The notes below the pieces were generated by a model. It was not told the origin of the DNA and ran no database searches. It saw nothing but the letters and a program-made list of their open reading frames with translations. The position numbers were made by a program, and so were the translations under genes. Source: Eledone cirrhosa (Eukaryota). Taken from it: 64,000 bases of DNA. Shown here piece after piece: positions 59,429 through 64,000 of this stretch (within the stretch, counting starts at the first letter, position 1; the number at the start of each line of letters is the position of its first letter). The stretch is taken from assembly GCA_964016885.1 (NCBI GenBank), contig OZ024762.1, positions 8,742,001 to 8,806,000 of the forward strand. The letters are read 5' to 3'.

Positions 59429-60538
59429 GTATACATATATATACACATACACACACACACACATATATATATATACATATATATATATATACACATAAAT
59501 CCTTATATACATACATATACATATATACATACTTATATACATATATACATATATACATATATATACATACGTATACATACGTGTATATGTACATACATAT
59601 GTATATATACATACGTGTATATGTACATACATATGTATACATACATATATATATATATATAAATATGTACATATATAGACTTATATATGTATGCATAGAT
59701 ATATATAATTACATATGTATACATACATATATATACATAGATATGTTTGTATATATATACATGTATATACATACATATATATACATGTATATACATATAT
59801 ATATATACATATATACATATACATACAAACATACACATTTATTATATATATATACGCCACTCTGTCTTTGTCTAATCAAACCCAATTTTCAGCTCTATTT
59901 AATCATATATTTTATTATTGTTATATATTTTGTCATTTTTTTACCTGTTTCTTCCTCCACCGCCACCTCCATTGTTTTTAATGGCGTCATCATCACATCA
60001 ACCACCTCCATCGCCGCCATCAACAATACCACCACTAACAGCACCACCACTGTAATCATCACCACCACCACCACCACCACAACTGTAATCATCACCATCA
60101 CCACAATCGCCGACACCATCATCACACTTGAAAACACCACCACCACCAACGCCACCGTAATCGTCACCACCATCACCAACACCAGACTTAACACCACCAT
60201 CACCACCACCAACATCACAGTTAACACCACCACCACTACCACCACCCCCGTCGCCGACGCCACCACCACTTTTTATTGAATTGAGCAGACGACATTTCGT
60301 TTGCTGTGTTTTTTTCCTATCATTATACACATTTTTGCAACTTTCCAAAATGGCTACCGTTACAATCAATACCGTAATTTTGTGCCAAAAACGAAGAGCT
60401 TCTAAAATCGATAAAGACCGGCAGCGGTGCCAGTTCTATCGTCTTCTTCTTCTTGCCTTCTCCGCCCCCTCATCCTCATCAGTCCCTTCCCTTCTTCTTC
60501 TTCTTCTTCTTCTTCTTCTTCTTCCACATGCCTTGAAA

Positions 60539-60683
<145 letters not shown>

Positions 60684-60703
60684 GTATATACATATATATA
60701 TAC

Positions 60704-60847
<144 letters not shown>

Positions 60848-61059
60848 CACACACATATATATACATATATATATACACATATATACATATATATATAAAT
60901 AAATAAATATATATAAATATACATATATATACATATATACATAATATACATATACATATATATATATATACATATACATACAAATACATATACATAGACA
61001 TACATACATACATACATACATACATACATACATACATACATACATACATACATACATAC

Positions 61060-61680
61060 ATGGTGGCTGCCAACTCGTTTTCGAGTACGGCCACTACTTT
61101 ATATCCATGTAGGAGAACTCCTACCGATGGGCTGAACGAGTGTGACTTTTTACTCCAGCCAGCGACTTGAAAACTCTGGTACAAACACTACACTTGTGAC
61201 AGTTATTGACACATAGTGCTGGGCCCATGGTACCATGTGACGACAAGTGCAGAGAGATCTCCAGATATAAAGCAATGCCTGTGACGTGAAGCTTTTATAG
61301 TGAGCAAAGGCACTGCACAAAGCCAGTCCCACTCTCTTAACCAAGATGATATTCACCAAAAAGAAGAACAAGTCAACATCATTGGATACCATCAGGGTTG
61401 CAGGTGTTATATCAGAGTTTTTCTTCTCCTAGAATTCTGCCTTGACAAAGGCTAAGGGGTCATCTCTCCCAGTGATTTTGGATGGCCATTGACTCTTAAG
61501 AGCTCCTTTGCCCTTTGACAGGTTTTGTTTTTAGTCCTGCAGGATGTCCAAAGTCACCCTCCTCACCAAGAAACCTTGGTGGGGTTGCCAGTTTAGTCGT
61601 CAACCACCCGACCATGAGACAGGTTGTACTGGGATACATGTTACCAGTAGCACCAACTGGTGACCTGACATACAAGAAAG
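61060..61680 (-). mobile_element. RTE-related 5' UTR segments
   Basis: Minus ctaggagaagaaaaactctg and gacgactaaactggcaacccc motifs; related fragments at 29900-30165 and 50260-50490. Confidence 0.5.
61588..61665 (-). ncRNA. Candidate minimal HDV-like ribozyme
   Basis: P1 GGTCACC/GGTGGTT, P2 CCAGT/ACTGG, P3 (CA)ACC/GGT(CG), L3 TGTCTCAT pairing GAC, J4/2 GACTAA. Confidence 0.5.
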
Positions 61681-61709
61681 AGACATACATACATACATAC
61701 ATACATACA

Positions 61710-61744
<35 letters not shown>

Positions 61745-61929
61745 TTATATATATATATGGGCGTTGAAGTATATATATACACACACACCCCATTGTGCGT
61801 TACGTGGACGAAATATATGATTAAGTTATACGTATGTAAAACACGTCACGATAGCGTCCCTACGACTCTAGTAGCAGTTACAGGTCCATTCATATATACT
61901 TTTATTCGTTTGTATTGAATATCTTTATA

Positions 61930-63128
61930 TCTTCGGTCTTTGGAGTAACGTTACCCGATAAAATGCGTAGCTCGGAGATCAGAGAGTCATTCCAGGTAGA
62001 GCTGCTACTTCTCCGAATTGAGAAATCACTGCTCAGATACAGTGAGTTCCTCCGAAGGGTCTTTGGGGTAACGTTACTCGATAAAATGCGTAGCTCGGAG
62101 ATCAGAGAACCACTCCAAGTAGAGCTGCTACTTCTCCGAATCGAGAGATCATAGCTCCGATACTTTGGACATGTGCTTAGAATGTCTCAGGAAAGAAACG
62201 CTGGACAGATTTGTAACTCGGAGAGCAGAGAGTCACTCCAGGTAGAACTGTTACTTCTCCGAATTGAGGGATCACAGCTCAGATACTGTGAGTTACTCCA
62301 CAGGGTCTTTGGGATAACGTTACCCGATAAAATGCGTAGCTCGGAGATCAGAGAACCACTTCAGGTAGAGCTGCTACTTCCCCAAATTGAGGGATCATAG
62401 CTCTGATACTATGGTTTCCTCCGATAGGTCTTTGAGGTAAAGTTACTCGATAGAGTGAGTAGCTCGGAGATCAGAGAGTCACTCTAGGTAGAGCTGCAAC
62501 TTCTTCGAATTGAGGGATCACAGCTCCGATACTATGGTCATGTGGTTAGAATGTCTCAGGAAAGAACCGCTGGAGAGCCCCTCCAGGTAGAGCTACTACT
62601 TCTCCGAATTGAGGGATCACAGCTCCGATACTATGGTCATGTGGTTAGAATGTCTCAGGAAAGAACCGCTGGAGAGCCACTCCAGGTAGAGCTACTACTT
62701 CTCCGAATTGAGGGATCACAGCTTTGATATTATGGATATGTGGTTAGAATGTTTCAGGAAAGAATCACTGGACAAATTTTACTGGCGAAACCAACAGGTA
62801 GGAGACCCAGGGTTAGACCAGGAGCAAGATGGTTGGATAACATCCATGAGCTTGGCTGATCTTGCTTGAGAGATCCAGCCAGATCAGTTGGAGACGGTTG
62901 CTTCTGACAGGACCCACTGGAAGGAGTGGTTGAGGACTCTGCATCCCCACGACCCTCAAAAAAAAAAAAAAAGAAGAAGAAGAAGAAGAAGAAGAAGAAG
63001 AAGAAGAAGAAGAAGAAGAAGAAAGCAAAGAAGAAGAAGAAGAAGAAGAAGAAGAAGAAGAAGAAGAAGAAGAAGAAGAAGAAGAAGAAGAAGAAGGCAA
63101 AGAAGAAGGAGTCAAAGAAGAAGAAAAA
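61930..63128 (+). mobile_element. RTE LINE 3' fragment with ~7 internal tandem re-copies, ending in poly(A)/(AAG)n
   Basis: FLRRVFGVTLLDKMRSSEIRE.LQVELLLLRIE.SQLRYYGHVVRMSQER repeated; final copy continues to KPTGRRPRVRPGARWLDNIHELG. Confidence 0.9.
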
Positions 63129-63220
63129 GATCTTTATATCTTATACTATAACGTTCTCTTAATTTCCTACGAATATATTTATTCTCATTCTCTTAATCTT
63201 GTATTCGTTTATTATGATTA

Positions 63221-63415
63221 GGCGGTGGATTGGCAGTATCGGTAGAGTGTTGTCCGCCATGCTTTGACGCATAGAGTTATGGCCCTTGCCATTCTGGGTT
63301 CAAATCTCGCCGAGGTTAACTTTGCCTTTCATCCTTATGGGGTCGATAAAATAAAGTACCAGTAATACACTGGGTAATTGCTGGCCTTGTGCCAAAAGTA
63401 GAAACAATTATAATT
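63221..63415 (+). mobile_element. Full-length Meta-like SINE
   Basis: A/B boxes, core and tail present. Confidence 0.88.
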
Positions 63416-63769
63416 ATTAGTATTAGTATTCCTATTATGTATTATTCTGTTCGTTTATTACGTATTCTCCTAAGGTAATTCTGTATTCTCTTCAACGTGT
63501 GTAAAGGTTTTTTTTGTGTCGGCTCAGTTCCGTTTATCTATAATTAGACAGTCTACACGACTTGAGGCTGTATGTAACTTTAGCAAACATCGTTCGTTTA
63601 TTTTTGTGTTTTTTGTTGTTGTTTTTTTTTTGTTATTTCTCGATGTTGGTGGTGTGGGGTGAATGCGGTGGTGGTGTTGTCTTTGTTTTTTTTTTATTTA
63701 TTTTAAATTTTTGTTGTTGTTGTTGTTGCGTTGCAGATGATCGACGTTGAGCGAGTATATATATATATA

Positions 63770-64000
63770 ATAATAAATTTGAAGACTAAAATCCAAAGAG
63801 GGCTCAATAATGATAAATATATATCAAATATATAAGAACGGTAGAGCAAATATTTATTAAAATAACAGATTAAAGTTTAAGCAAAGAATCGGTGCTTTCA
63901 CCCTGACCAAAAGTTAAACAAGACTGGAATTGAACCATCAGCACAGTTGAGGTATGTCATACATCAATTTATATATTTTATCTGATGAGGACGTACTGAA
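63770..64000. mobile_element. Chimera of family F (minus, cut in HHR stem II) and family E (plus, HHR running off the window end)
   Basis: 63770-63903 matches 20470-20610; 63904-64000 is the reverse complement of 21648-21667 joined to 21478-21558. Confidence 0.8.

Overview
Eukaryotic, very AT-rich, repeat-dominated non-coding DNA. The mix of SINEs, LINEs and microsatellites strongly resembles a coleoid cephalopod (octopus-like) genome; this is an inference. I find no intact protein-coding gene. The long ORFs are translations of (TA)n/(CA)n/(CCA)n microsatellites or minisatellites. Recognisable relics include RTE, CR1, Tx1/L1-like and R4/Dong-like (RLE) LINE fragments, a non-autonomous Helitron with a PIF1 remnant, many tRNA-derived SINE copies, and tandem arrays (48, 163, 79, 33, 76, 66 and ~110 bp), most of them born from TE pieces. 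The main hidden signal is about 30 complete or partial type I hammerhead ribozyme (HHR) motifs from roughly 9 sequence-unrelated families of short non-coding, Penelope-pLTR/retrozyme-like elements. These elements abut (TA)n tracts and are repeatedly arranged as fold-back inverted repeats whose breakpoints fall in or next to the ribozyme. Two families carry the compensatory U3-A8 core variant (UUGANAA). A minimal HDV-like ribozyme candidate sits at the 5' end of an RTE-related element. All folds were derived by eye, coordinates may be off by a few bases, and ribozyme activity is untested.
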